Source: an uncultured Gammaproteobacteria bacterium (GTDB lineage Bacteria > Patescibacteriota > Microgenomatia > CAYXHB01 > CAZYTL01). From it: a DNA stretch of 64,000 bases. Where the stretch lies: the NCBI GenBank assembly GCA_964650355.1, contig CAZYTL010000002.1:6964-70963 (forward strand). The letters are read 5' to 3'. How positions within the stretch are numbered: the stretch's first letter is position 1; every line of letters starts with the position of its first letter. The notes under the pieces were generated by a model. That model saw nothing but the letters and a program-made list of their open reading frames with translations, was not told the origin of the DNA and made no database searches. Position numbers and translations under genes: made by a program. Positions 1 through 9,146 of the stretch are shown in pieces.

Positions 1-661
1 CAATTTGGGGAAAGATTTTTTGCTGCAAATATGACTCATCTGCCGGACTAGTTTTGCCAGCTAAGATGAGTTTGATTTTAAGCGTTTTAGCTGTTTTGAT
101 GGCCAAGTCTGGACCTTTTTGTGGAGATAGTCGAGCTAAAAACAATAAATATTTTTGTGGTTTTGAATTATACGGGAAACGGCTGAGATCTAATCCGTTG
201 TGAACTATACCTTGGAAATTCAGGAATTTGAACTCTTTGGCTATAGCATGGGAAATAGCGATAAAATTTTGGTGTTTATATCTTTTGAGAAGTTGGAGTT
301 CCTGAGTGAAGAATTCTCCATATTCTATGGTATGAACCACAGGAGTCGACACTAAACTAGAGAACAGAAGTCCCTTGTGTTCTACATGGCAATCCATGAT
401 GTCAAACTGATCTGCCATCTGAAACGCCCGGCTCAGATGATGATATTCGGTGAGTTCTGAATAGGGATGAGCGGATGAGTAGGGTTTAGGAGTAATACTA
501 ATCAGGCGGGCAGAAGTTCGGGAGTTTCCGGTGGCAAATAAAGTGACTTGGTGTCCACGTTTAATCAATCCTTCAGCTAAGTTACCAACCAGTACGCCAG
601 TACCCCCGGTTGAGTAAGGATCGGTCGGTTCCCAAAGTTTGGAAATAAGCGCAATTTTCAT
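1..661 (-). CDS. Glycosyltransferase family 4 (GT-B), 3' end runs off the window
   Basis: Manual translation from CAT at 659-661: MKIALISKLWEPTDPYSTGGTGVLVGNLAEGLIKRGHQVTLFATG...VHNGLD...LLFLARLSPQKGPDLAI, typical GT4 motifs. Absent from the ORF track because it is truncated. Confidence 0.9.
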   Translation of the reverse strand, partial: MKIALISKLWEPTDPYSTGGTGVLVGNLAEGLIKRGHQVTLFATGNSRTSARLISITPKPYSSAHPYSELTEYHHLSRAFQMADQFDIMDCHVEHKGLLFSSLVSTPVVHTIEYGEFFTQELQLLKRYKHQNFIAISHAIAKEFKFLNFQGIVHNGLDLSRFPYNSKPQKYLLFLARLSPQKGPDLAIKTAKTLKIKLILAGKTSPADESYLQQKIFPQI

Positions 662-785
662 ACTCTGAGTTTATCCGCATTTTCATCTGTGATCAGCCTG
701 CTCAGCTGGTGGATTTTTGATTTATCTTAACATATAATAGTGCGGCAGTCTTGGCATACTCCGTTCGCCGTAACTGATTGCATAT

Positions 786-813
786 TTGAGATATTGACTA
801 AAACAGATATAAT
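786..813 (+). promoter_or_regulatory. Putative sigma70 promoter of infC
   Basis: TTGAGA (786-791), 16-nt spacer, TATAAT (808-813). Confidence 0.45.
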
Positions 814-837
814 AGGGGCCAGGAAATCAATTATTTA

Positions 838-1380
838 ATGAAAAGAGGGCGATACAAACGAGCTGAACAAAAAATAAAGCATCGGATTAATCAACAAATA
901 AGAGCTCCTGAGGTGCGACTGATAGGCCAAGATGGTAAACAGATCGGTCTGATGTCTGTGGCTGAGGCTTTGGCTAAGGCTAGAGAGGCCAATCTTGACT
1001 TGGTTGAGATTGCTCCTAAAGCCAAGCCTCCGGTAGTGAAGGTAATTGACTATAAGAAATTTCAATATTTGGAGTCTAAAAAGCTCAGCCAGCAAAAGAA
1101 ATCAGCCAAGAAGGGAGACTTGAAGGAAATCAGGCTCAGACCTTTTATGGCTGACGGAGATTATCAAGTGAAATTAAAACGAATTAAAGAGTTTTTGAAT
1201 GACGGGAATCAGGTGCGAGTTTCTGTGTATTTCAAAGGCAGAGAGCTCGCTCATAAATCCAAAGGGTATGAATTAGTTAGTCGGGCGTTAGCCGACTTAG
1301 GCGAAATTGCCAAGTTAGATCAACCCGCCAAGTTTGCAGGGAGAAATGTGATTGCCAATTTTTCTCCGAGTAAGAAATAG
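838..1380 (+). CDS. infC: Translation initiation factor IF-3
   Basis: RINQQIRAPEVRLIG...LDLVEIAPKAKPPVVK...FKGRE; leads infC-rpmI-rplT. Confidence 0.98.
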   Translation: MKRGRYKRAEQKIKHRINQQIRAPEVRLIGQDGKQIGLMSVAEALAKAREANLDLVEIAPKAKPPVVKVIDYKKFQYLESKKLSQQKKSAKKGDLKEIRLRPFMADGDYQVKLKRIKEFLNDGNQVRVSVYFKGRELAHKSKGYELVSRALADLGEIAKLDQPAKFAGRNVIANFSPSKK

Positions 1381-1551
1381 ACAGAGGGAAAAACTGCCAG
1401 AGGAGTGCGGGGTTTTTCTTTACACAGACGGAATTTGGATGACTACGAATGTTAAGTCAACTTGCTATGGATTTGTGGGTAGTTTGTATATTATAATTGC
1501 AACCGTGGCTAAATATTAGCCGTTTCTATTTGTTTTATAATCTGTTGTTTT

Positions 1552-1746
1552 ATGAAGAAACTTAAAGTCCGTAAAGCTATTGCTAAAAGGTTTAAAATTA
1601 CTTCCACAGGAAAGGTGATTTCCCGGAGGGCTTTTCATAGCCATTTAAAGTTGAATAAATCCAAAAGCAGATTAAGAAGGATGAAAGTTCCTAATGAAAT
1701 TACCGGTAGGATGGCGACAAAGATCAAGAAAGCATTAGGAGCTTAG
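1552..1746 (+). CDS. rpmI: 50S ribosomal protein L35
   Basis: 64 aa, basic, [11 protein letters not shown]...HSHL; synteny. Confidence 0.97.
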   Translation: MKKLKVRKAIAKRFKITSTGKVISRRAFHSHLKLNKSKSRLRRMKVPNEITGRMATKIKKALGA

Positions 1747-1759
1747 TTAAAGACTAGAT

Positions 1760-2122
1760 ATGAGAGTAAAAAGTCAATCAGCTAAAAAGCACCGTAAGGT
1801 CCTCAAGATGGCCAAGGGCTACCGGATGTCCAGGAGCAAGCACTTCCGTACCGCCCAGGAGGCAGTATTGCACGCCGGTCAGCATGCCTATATTGGAAGA
1901 AAGCTAAGGAAGAGAGACAAGAGAAGAGAATGGATTACCCAAATCAATGCGGCTTTGACCCAGTTGGCCATGGAGAAAGAAGAAGCTAAATTGAAATACA
2001 GTGAATTTATTCATGGGTTGAAAAAGGCCAAGATTGAGGTTGACAGGAAAATTTTGGCCAAGTTGTCGATTGAAGATTTGGAAACGTTTAAGTTTATTGT
2101 GGAACAGGCGAAAGCGGCTTAA
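1760..2122 (+). CDS. rplT: 50S ribosomal protein L20
   Basis: MRVK...AKGY...WITQINAA...YSEFIHGLKKAKIEVDRKILA. Confidence 0.98.
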   Translation: MRVKSQSAKKHRKVLKMAKGYRMSRSKHFRTAQEAVLHAGQHAYIGRKLRKRDKRREWITQINAALTQLAMEKEEAKLKYSEFIHGLKKAKIEVDRKILAKLSIEDLETFKFIVEQAKAA

Positions 2123-2153
2123 TTTTAAGCCCCATCCAAACCTGTTCCAACCC

Positions 2154-2177
2154 AACCGCCAAAACAGGCGGTTTTTT
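2154..2177 (+). terminator. Intrinsic terminator-like hairpin after rplT
   Basis: AACCGCC-aaaaca-GGCGGTT followed by a T run; lies only 8 nt before the pheS start. Confidence 0.65.
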
Positions 2178-2185
2178 GATAGGAT

Positions 2186-3196
2186 ATGGATATGGATCAA
2201 CAATTGAATAATATAAAAAACGAGGCTCTGGCTCTGATATTGGAAGCGGAATCTCAGGAAGAGTTGGAGCAGGTAAGAGTGAGATACTTAAGCAAGAAAG
2301 GTAATTTGAATCAGGTATTTTCTGAATTAATGCGATCAGCAGAGGATAAAAAACAACTGGGACAGGTGTTTAATCAAACTAAACAGACTCTGTTGGAAGC
2401 ATTGGAAGACAAACAGGCTCAACTATCAACGATGCCTGATGATAGGGAATGGTTTGATGTGACCAAGATAACGGATGAGACAGCAATGGGAATGATGCAT
2501 CCGATTAATCTGATGATTAGAGAAATGAACCAGTTTTTCCGTTCCTATGGATTTTCGGTGATGGACGGACCGGAAATCGAAAGTGATGAGTACAATTTTC
2601 AGAGACTAAATCTGCCGCCTGATCACCCGGCCAGGGACTTGCAGGATACGCTTTATATTAAAGAACCGAATATTCTCTTGAGGACTCATACTTCTTCTGT
2701 GGAAACCAGAGTAGTGGCTAAATACAAACCACCTTTCCGGGTGGTGGTGCCCGGGAAGTCATACCGCTATGAAACCATGAACCCCTCAAATACAGTGATG
2801 TTTTTTCAATACCAGGGTTTCAATGTAGAAAGAAACATTTCGATGTCTAACTTGAAGTGGATTTTAGAAAAATTTGTGCATTATTTTTACGGTACTAAAC
2901 AGGAGATGAGGTTTCGTTGTAAGTACTATCCAGAAGTCGAACCCACAGCCGGATTGGATCTGGCTTGTTCGTTCTGTAACAAAAAGGGGTGTGCGGTGTG
3001 TAAATACCGCGGATGGTTGGAAATGATCGGTTGCGGCATGATGCATCCTAATATTATGAAAACTGCCGGCATAGATCCTCAAAAATGGTCGGGATTCGCT
3101 TGGGGTATGGGACTGGATCGCCTGGTGATGACGAAATTTAATATTCCTGACGTGCGAATGTTGACCAACGGATCGATTACCTATCCAAATACATAA
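2186..3196 (+). CDS. pheS: Phenylalanyl-tRNA synthetase alpha subunit
   Basis: HPARDLQDTLY, LLRTHTS, CSFC..CAVC insert, GFAWGMGLDRL (motif 3). Confidence 0.98.
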   Translation: MDMDQQLNNIKNEALALILEAESQEELEQVRVRYLSKKGNLNQVFSELMRSAEDKKQLGQVFNQTKQTLLEALEDKQAQLSTMPDDREWFDVTKITDETAMGMMHPINLMIREMNQFFRSYGFSVMDGPEIESDEYNFQRLNLPPDHPARDLQDTLYIKEPNILLRTHTSSVETRVVAKYKPPFRVVVPGKSYRYETMNPSNTVMFFQYQGFNVERNISMSNLKWILEKFVHYFYGTKQEMRFRCKYYPEVEPTAGLDLACSFCNKKGCAVCKYRGWLEMIGCGMMHPNIMKTAGIDPQKWSGFAWGMGLDRLVMTKFNIPDVRMLTNGSITYPNT

Positions 3197-3203
3197 ATTT
3201 TAT

Positions 3204-5993
3204 ATGTTAGTCCCGCTTTCCTGGTTAAAACGGTATGTAGAAGTGCCCAAGAGGTTGTCTGAGTTGACGGATAAATTGACTTACGCCGGGCATATGCTGG
3301 ATAAGGTGCTGCAAGTTGATGGTGAGACAGTGATCGACTTGGAACTGAGAGGAAATCGTGAAGATTTATTCGGAATTCTAGGCATTGCCAGGGAAGTAGC
3401 AGCTTTGTTCGATGTGCCGATTAACCTCCCCCAGGAGCCTGACTTGAATAAAATCCCGCAATCGAATTCCGGCAAGAAGGTGAAAGTCGAAGTGCAGGAT
3501 ACTGAATTGATCAATCGGTTCTTTTCTATTGAAATTACTGATCTGAAAGTTGGTCCTTCGCCCAAATGGCTGGAGCAAATTTTAAAACAGATGAGCACTC
3601 CGGCTATCAATAACGTCGTGGATGTCACCAATTACATCATGTTTCTCACTGCCCAACCGTTACACGCTTTTGACAGAAATAAAATTAATCAGGGAAGATT
3701 AATTCTTCGTCAGGGCGACGGAAAGCTAAAGTTCACGACTTTCGAAGGCACCCAAGTGACAGCAACCAAACAAGATTTGATTGCTAGCGATCCGGAAAAA
3801 TGCTTGGGGTTATTAGGGGTAATTGGCGAGAAATACTCCGGAGTAGGCAAAGACACCACTGCGATTTTACTGGAAGGAGGTAATTATAATCAGCCGAGTG
3901 TAAGAAGATCTAGTCGAAGACATAAATTAAGAACAGACGCGGCCTTACGTCTAGAAAAAAATATTGATCCCCTGCTTCCACCATATGCAGTGAAATTGTG
4001 TACCGAGCTGATCTGTAAGCTGGCCCAGGGAAAGGTGGTGGCCGGAAGCGTGGGTGATTACGAGAAAAAAAAGCATCATAATCCGTGGAAAACGATTTTA
4101 TTCACTACTGATGAAGTCAAAAGATTGGGCAATATGCAAGTTTCCCAAGAGGAAGCAAGAAACATTTTCAAACGGTTGGATTTACCGTCCAAATTGATAG
4201 GTGCCAAAGTTGAAGTGCAAATTCCGTGGAGAAGGTCGGATATTGAGGGAGAAGCAGATCTGGTTGAGGAAGTTTTAAGGGTGATTGGCTACGAAAATAT
4301 CCCCAGCGAACCGATCAGCAACCCGGTACCCAAATCTATCGAACCACCGCATTTGCTGTTGGAAGAAAAGGTGAGAGATATCTTGGTCGGACAGGGATTT
4401 AAAGAGAATGTGAGCGATTCGTTCATCAGCCAAGATGACCAGGAATTGTTTTTCGGAAGTCAAAGTCAGGCAATTAAGATTGTTAATCCTACTTCACCGG
4501 AAACTGCTTTGCTGCGCACTTCCCTACTCCCCGCCCAAATAAAATTGGTACAGAAATTATTAAATTTGCACAAGCAAAATATTTCCTGGTTCGAGATCGG
4601 AAAGGTATATTGGGAGACAAAGCAGTCGGATTCTAAAAGTAACTATCAGGAAGAGATTCATTTGTCAGGAGCGATAGTGCTGGGAATAGACACGGAAAAA
4701 TTTTACGGTCGATCTCTGGCAAAAATGAGACGATTGTTAAATTATTTGGGGATTTGGGATTTGAAAGTTCAACCTCAAGCTGATCATTTGCTGATGAGCA
4801 AAGAAGGATCTACAAGTATTTATCAGCAGCAAAGATTGTTAGTCCAGATGGGTTTGTTGCGCACGGACGTAAAACAAGCACTGAATATCCAACCGGATGT
4901 TTTTTTGTTTGATGCTAAGATTGATGATTTATTAAAAGCAAAGACTGAACTGCCTAGAGTGCTAGAATCTGACTATCCTCCCGTCATTGAGGATCTGACG
5001 TTTATGCTGCCTTCGGAAACTTACATTCAACCGGTGATCGATGAGATTTATGGCGTGGATAAATTAATTAATAAAGTCGACTTAGTTGACAGTTATGAAG
5101 ATGCCCGGACCTTTAGGATTTATTACCAAAGCCGGAAAAAGAGTTTAAGCGATAACGAAGTGGAACCAATTCGGATGAGGATTGTGAAGGACTTGGAAGG
5201 GAAATTTAAAGCTAAGTTGAAAGGGGAAATTTTAACAGCTACAAGAAAAACAGAGCAGCAAACTACTCGCCCAAAATCAATAAAAGACAAGAAGGATATA
5301 AAAACGGAAGCAATATATTATTCCAATCCATATCAAAAAGAGCTTGAATGTAGTGTACTCGCTATAGAATCAAAAGGAAATTTGTTAAATGTTATTTTAG
5401 ATAAGACTGTTTTTTACCCACAAGGTGGCGGCCAGCCATCTGATCACGGAATGATTGGCAAAGCCAAAGTCAAACACGTATTAATGTCAAAAGGTCAAAT
5501 AATTCATCAAGTAAAAGGCGATCTAAACGTAGGAGATAAAGTAAAAGCGTTTTTAGACTGGGAACGTCGATATAAGTATATGAAAATTCACACGGCAGGT
5601 CATTTAATTCATGATGCTTTCATGACCATGGTCGAGGATTTAGTACCCATTAAGGCTGACCACGGTGACAATGCTTATCTTGAATATCAGGGCGAGTTAA
5701 AGGTCAATTTAAAATCTCAATTAGAAAGGTTAGTCGATCAATATATTAGTGATGATTTACCTGTAACGACAAAACAGACCACCTATGAAGATTTAGTGAA
5801 AGACTGTCCGTTTGTACCTCAAAACTTGCCTAAAGATAAACCACTTAGGGTGATTAAAATCAACAATTTCCCAACCATGCCAGATGGTGGTGTACATGTC
5901 AAAAGTACTCAAGAGATTGGGTCTGTGGTGATAGAAAGCATCTCCTCTTTTGACAACAAGACGGTGGTCAAATATCGTGTTTTAAATTCTTAG
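3204..5993 (+). CDS. pheT: Phenylalanyl-tRNA synthetase beta subunit fused to a C-terminal AlaX-type editing domain
   Basis: MLVPLSWLKRYV, NNVVDVTNY..QPLHAFD, RSDIEGEADLVEEVLRVIGY and anticodon-binding domain to about aa 673; then FYPQGGGQPSDHG, HTAGH, DGGVHVKSTQEIG. Confidence 0.95.
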   Translation: MLVPLSWLKRYVEVPKRLSELTDKLTYAGHMLDKVLQVDGETVIDLELRGNREDLFGILGIAREVAALFDVPINLPQEPDLNKIPQSNSGKKVKVEVQDTELINRFFSIEITDLKVGPSPKWLEQILKQMSTPAINNVVDVTNYIMFLTAQPLHAFDRNKINQGRLILRQGDGKLKFTTFEGTQVTATKQDLIASDPEKCLGLLGVIGEKYSGVGKDTTAILLEGGNYNQPSVRRSSRRHKLRTDAALRLEKNIDPLLPPYAVKLCTELICKLAQGKVVAGSVGDYEKKKHHNPWKTILFTTDEVKRLGNMQVSQEEARNIFKRLDLPSKLIGAKVEVQIPWRRSDIEGEADLVEEVLRVIGYENIPSEPISNPVPKSIEPPHLLLEEKVRDILVGQGFKENVSDSFISQDDQELFFGSQSQAIKIVNPTSPETALLRTSLLPAQIKLVQKLLNLHKQNISWFEIGKVYWETKQSDSKSNYQEEIHLSGAIVLGIDTEKFYGRSLAKMRRLLNYLGIWDLKVQPQADHLLMSKEGSTSIYQQQRLLVQMGLLRTDVKQALNIQPDVFLFDAKIDDLLKAKTELPRVLESDYPPVIEDLTFMLPSETYIQPVIDEIYGVDKLINKVDLVDSYEDARTFRIYYQSRKKSLSDNEVEPIRMRIVKDLEGKFKAKLKGEILTATRKTEQQTTRPKSIKDKKDIKTEAIYYSNPYQKELECSVLAIESKGNLLNVILDKTVFYPQGGGQPSDHGMIGKAKVKHVLMSKGQIIHQVKGDLNVGDKVKAFLDWERRYKYMKIHTAGHLIHDAFMTMVEDLVPIKADHGDNAYLEYQGELKVNLKSQLERLVDQYISDDLPVTTKQTTYEDLVKDCPFVPQNLPKDKPLRVIKINNFPTMPDGGVHVKSTQEIGSVVIESISSFDNKTVVKYRVLNS

Positions 5994-6000
5994 TTAAAAT

Positions 6001-6190
6001 TTATTCCTTTATCCCATCTTTGATTTTGCCATCGTGGATGTGGATTTGGTGCTTGGTGCGTTTGGCAACTAAAGAACTATGAGTGACGACTATGTTAGAG
6101 CTCTGGTAATGGCGGTGCTTTGCTGTCCGTCCCCGGAGATTTTATTGGGATAAAATTTTTTTAGGTGGGCAATGCCAAACCGATCCTTGA
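6001..6190 (-). pseudogene. Decayed 3' fragment of a homolog of the ABC ATPase at 7251-7946
   Basis: 6017-6066 is identical (50 nt) to 7282-7331. 6095-6190 translates [30 protein letters not shown], matching 7475-7570. The Walker B region is deleted. Confidence 0.9.
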
Positions 6191-6211
6191 ACACACACCA
6201 TGCACATTTTT

Positions 6212-7198
6212 CTATGCTCGCGTTTGGACGACCTGGTAAAGAGGTACTTCAAATTCTTGCTCGGTTCTTCTAAGAATCGGGTTATCGATTGGAAATTGTT
6301 CACTTTGCTTTGGAGGAGTACTTAACCCTATCCCCCCTAACGCTAAATACCTATCAACGTATAATCCCAAATTAGGTTCGCCTTTTTTGGGAAAGTAATA
6401 AGGAGCAAGAATGTTGCTAGGCCATACTCCATTAGGCTGATCTCCTAGCTTAGATAAAAAATAATCAGTTGCTTCGCTAGCCATACCTTGCTCTGCTAAA
6501 GGTTGTGCCGGATCCCAGGCCGAAACAATAATTATCTCTACTTTTTGTTGCCAAGCATCCTTTATTGGCTGCCGCAGTAATCCAATTTGTTCTGGTCCGT
6601 TTAGCATATTGACACGGAAACCTCGGGTATAACTTTTTCCTCCCAAACCAATTTGCGGTGGCCAAGGAGCTTTGATCGTGGCTTCTGTATATCCTCCCAT
6701 TAAGCTCGTCCAAGGAATTGTTACTATGCCAAATGCTCCTGTCTCACCACTACCAGTAATTTTTGCGTGCTGAAATAATACTTCACCTTCCAAATCGATG
6801 GTTGGTTTATATATCGATGTCGAATGTTCCAGATCTTGAATACTAACTGGTAAAACTTGATTTTTATCATCATCTTCTCTAACTTTATCCTTTAATGAAC
6901 TTGGTCTCGCCCTGAGAGGTTGGGGTTCACCAATCAACTCTACATCACCTTTCTTAATCCATTCAGCAAATGGCCCAAGGCGAGTATCTAAATAGAGAGT
7001 AGGAGATCTCTCGACATCTCTTTCAGGTGCTACCCGGGAAGAAGCTAACTCTTGTGAGTCAGGTGTGGGTATTAGACGACCTAATGCAGCACCTGCAGCA
7101 AAGATAGTTCCTGTCCTTATTGCTTCAAGTAGTTGTCTCCTAGTAATTCCTAACCTTGTCTTTTCATCATCAGGAAGGGCATTTTCTGCTTCGGTCAT
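6212..7198 (-). CDS. Hypothetical exported or membrane-anchored protein with twin-arginine-like N-terminus
   Basis: 328-aa ORF; ITRRQLL followed by hydrophobic TIFAAGAALG; no recognised domain. Confidence 0.7.
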   Translation of the reverse strand: MTEAENALPDDEKTRLGITRRQLLEAIRTGTIFAAGAALGRLIPTPDSQELASSRVAPERDVERSPTLYLDTRLGPFAEWIKKGDVELIGEPQPLRARPSSLKDKVREDDDKNQVLPVSIQDLEHSTSIYKPTIDLEGEVLFQHAKITGSGETGAFGIVTIPWTSLMGGYTEATIKAPWPPQIGLGGKSYTRGFRVNMLNGPEQIGLLRQPIKDAWQQKVEIIIVSAWDPAQPLAEQGMASEATDYFLSKLGDQPNGVWPSNILAPYYFPKKGEPNLGLYVDRYLALGGIGLSTPPKQSEQFPIDNPILRRTEQEFEVPLYQVVQTRA

Positions 7199-7250
7199 AA
7201 TTTACTGAGCTTATTGTAACACAAAAACTTAAATATAATCGTTTGTATAC

Positions 7251-7946
7251 TCAATCTTTCGAAGCAGATAAGTGAAGACCGTCTTTGATTTTGCCATCGT
7301 GGATGTGGATTTGGTGCTTGGTGCGTTTGGCTACTAAAGGGTCATGGGTGACGACGATAATGGTGACTTTTAGTTCTTGATTCAACTCTTCAATTAATTG
7401 AAGTATCTCACTACCTGTCTTGGAGTCTAAATTTCCGGTAGGTTCGTCTGCAAGAACTATTTTGGGATTCATAATTAGAGCTCGAGCAATGGCGGTTCTT
7501 TGTTGTTCGCCTCCGGAGATTTTATTAGGGTAAAAGTTTTTCCGGTGAGCAATACCGAAGCGGTCCATGAGTTCCTGGGCTTTGGTATTGGGATTGTAAG
7601 ATAATTTCACGCGGGCGTAAATGGTTGGAAGTAAAATGTTTTCCATGACGGTGAGTTTGTTGATCAAATTAAATTGCTGAAAAACGAACCCGATCAGTTG
7701 ATTCCGGAGTTTGGAAATTTGTCTGTCCGACAGTTGGGCAACATCTTTACCATCTATGAGTAACTGTCCACTGGTGGGAGTATCCAACAGGCCAATGATG
7801 TGCATGAGAGTGGACTTGCCCGATCCAGATGCACCCAAGATACCCAGAAATTCTCCGTCTTTGATCTTCAATGAGATTCCCCTCAGTACTTCGGTAGATT
7901 CTTTGCCGATTTGGAAGGATTTGGTGATGTTGCGAAGTTCTACCAT
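7251..7946 (-). CDS. ABC transporter ATP-binding protein (MacB/LolD-like)
   Basis: [41 protein letters not shown]. Confidence 0.95.
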   Translation of the reverse strand: MVELRNITKSFQIGKESTEVLRGISLKIKDGEFLGILGASGSGKSTLMHIIGLLDTPTSGQLLIDGKDVAQLSDRQISKLRNQLIGFVFQQFNLINKLTVMENILLPTIYARVKLSYNPNTKAQELMDRFGIAHRKNFYPNKISGGEQQRTAIARALIMNPKIVLADEPTGNLDSKTGSEILQLIEELNQELKVTIIVVTHDPLVAKRTKHQIHIHDGKIKDGLHLSASKD

Positions 7947-7968
7947 GGAGGTTGGATATTAAAACTCA

Positions 7969-8973
7969 CTAGCTCTTCAGATTGTAAATCACGTCTCCTG
8001 CTTTGATCTGGTCACTGATGATTTCGGCATCCTCGTCCGTCTCAATGCCGGTTTGGATATAGACTTTGTTTTCCGGGTTATTAACTAGTAGATATTCGCC
8101 CTGATCATCTGATTTAATATATTGAAGTGGAGCATAAAGTACGTCTGTCTTTTTATCGGTAACAAAAGTGGCGTCTCCGGTCATGCCTAAGCGGTAAAGG
8201 AGCTGGCGATTGTCCAAGTCCTGAAAGTCGACTGATACTTCATAGACAGTACCGGTTTCACCTGTTTGAGGTGTAAAAGCAATCCGGTCGATAATACCGG
8301 AAAGGTGTTCGTCAGGAAAGGCATCGAGAACGATTTTGACCGCTTGTTGAGAGTAAAGTTTGACTACTTCCGTTTGGTCTGCGCTGACTTTAAAATAAAT
8401 GGTTTCCGGATTGACGACTTCGAACTGAGTGGTGGTGTAAACGATATTGGTACCGGGTTGGGCGTTGCTGACTCTGATAACGACTCCGGAAATCGGTGTG
8501 GTCAAGGTGGCGTATTTAACAGCCAAATCTTGGATTTCCACATCAATGACCGTGTTGTCTAAATCTTTTTGGCCTTTATCTAAAATTCTTCTGAGTTCGT
8601 CGTCTAAAACATTATCGCGGTAGTCATATCTTTCTTGTTCGAAGTCCCATCTTTCTTTGACATAAAGGTTAAGTTTTTTTTGCAGGGTTTTTTGCAGTTC
8701 TCTTTGGTCTAAACCAGCGATAGCCTGGTATTTGTCAACCAAATCGCCTTCTTTGACTCCTACCCAAGCCAGCCTGCCTGAAGATTGAAATTGGAGTACG
8801 GTGTGTTCATGAGCAGCCAGTTCTCCGGACAGAACTAACTCTTGGCTAAGATCTCCCTGCTGAATGGTTTCGGTGTCGTACTGGGGTTGGTTTTTGGATC
8901 GCCAATAGCGATATCCGCCATAGACCAAGACTATAAGAATTAAGATAATCAGCAGGCGTTTGGGCTTGAACAT
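7969..8973 (-). CDS. Efflux periplasmic adaptor (MacA/HlyD family)
   Basis: N-terminal TM, VGVKEGDLV lipoyl-like halves, TPISGVV, RLGMTG; start set at the ATG of MFKPK. Confidence 0.9.
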   Translation of the reverse strand: MFKPKRLLIILILIVLVYGGYRYWRSKNQPQYDTETIQQGDLSQELVLSGELAAHEHTVLQFQSSGRLAWVGVKEGDLVDKYQAIAGLDQRELQKTLQKKLNLYVKERWDFEQERYDYRDNVLDDELRRILDKGQKDLDNTVIDVEIQDLAVKYATLTTPISGVVIRVSNAQPGTNIVYTTTQFEVVNPETIYFKVSADQTEVVKLYSQQAVKIVLDAFPDEHLSGIIDRIAFTPQTGETGTVYEVSVDFQDLDNRQLLYRLGMTGDATFVTDKKTDVLYAPLQYIKSDDQGEYLLVNNPENKVYIQTGIETDEDAEIISDQIKAGDVIYNLKS

Positions 8974-9146
8974 GGTTTCTCTGTTTAGGTACCTGGTGGT
9001 ATTAATGAAACACAAATCACTGAATATTATACCGCCTCTGCTTCTAAAGTATCCTCATTGTAGCAGAAATTTCACTTGATGTGTGTTTTTACCAGAATTC
9101 AATTTTCGGGTTTTTAAGTTCGATGAATTTTCTGTACAATAGATCC

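Noticed and set aside
1381-1551. L20 autoregulatory leader before rpmI
   Set aside because: Only a small hairpin (GGCTAA-ata-TTAGCC) and promoter-like AT boxes; the family cannot be supported.
2123-2185. T-box upstream of pheS
   Set aside because: Only 63 nt, containing a simple hairpin and no UGGNACC.
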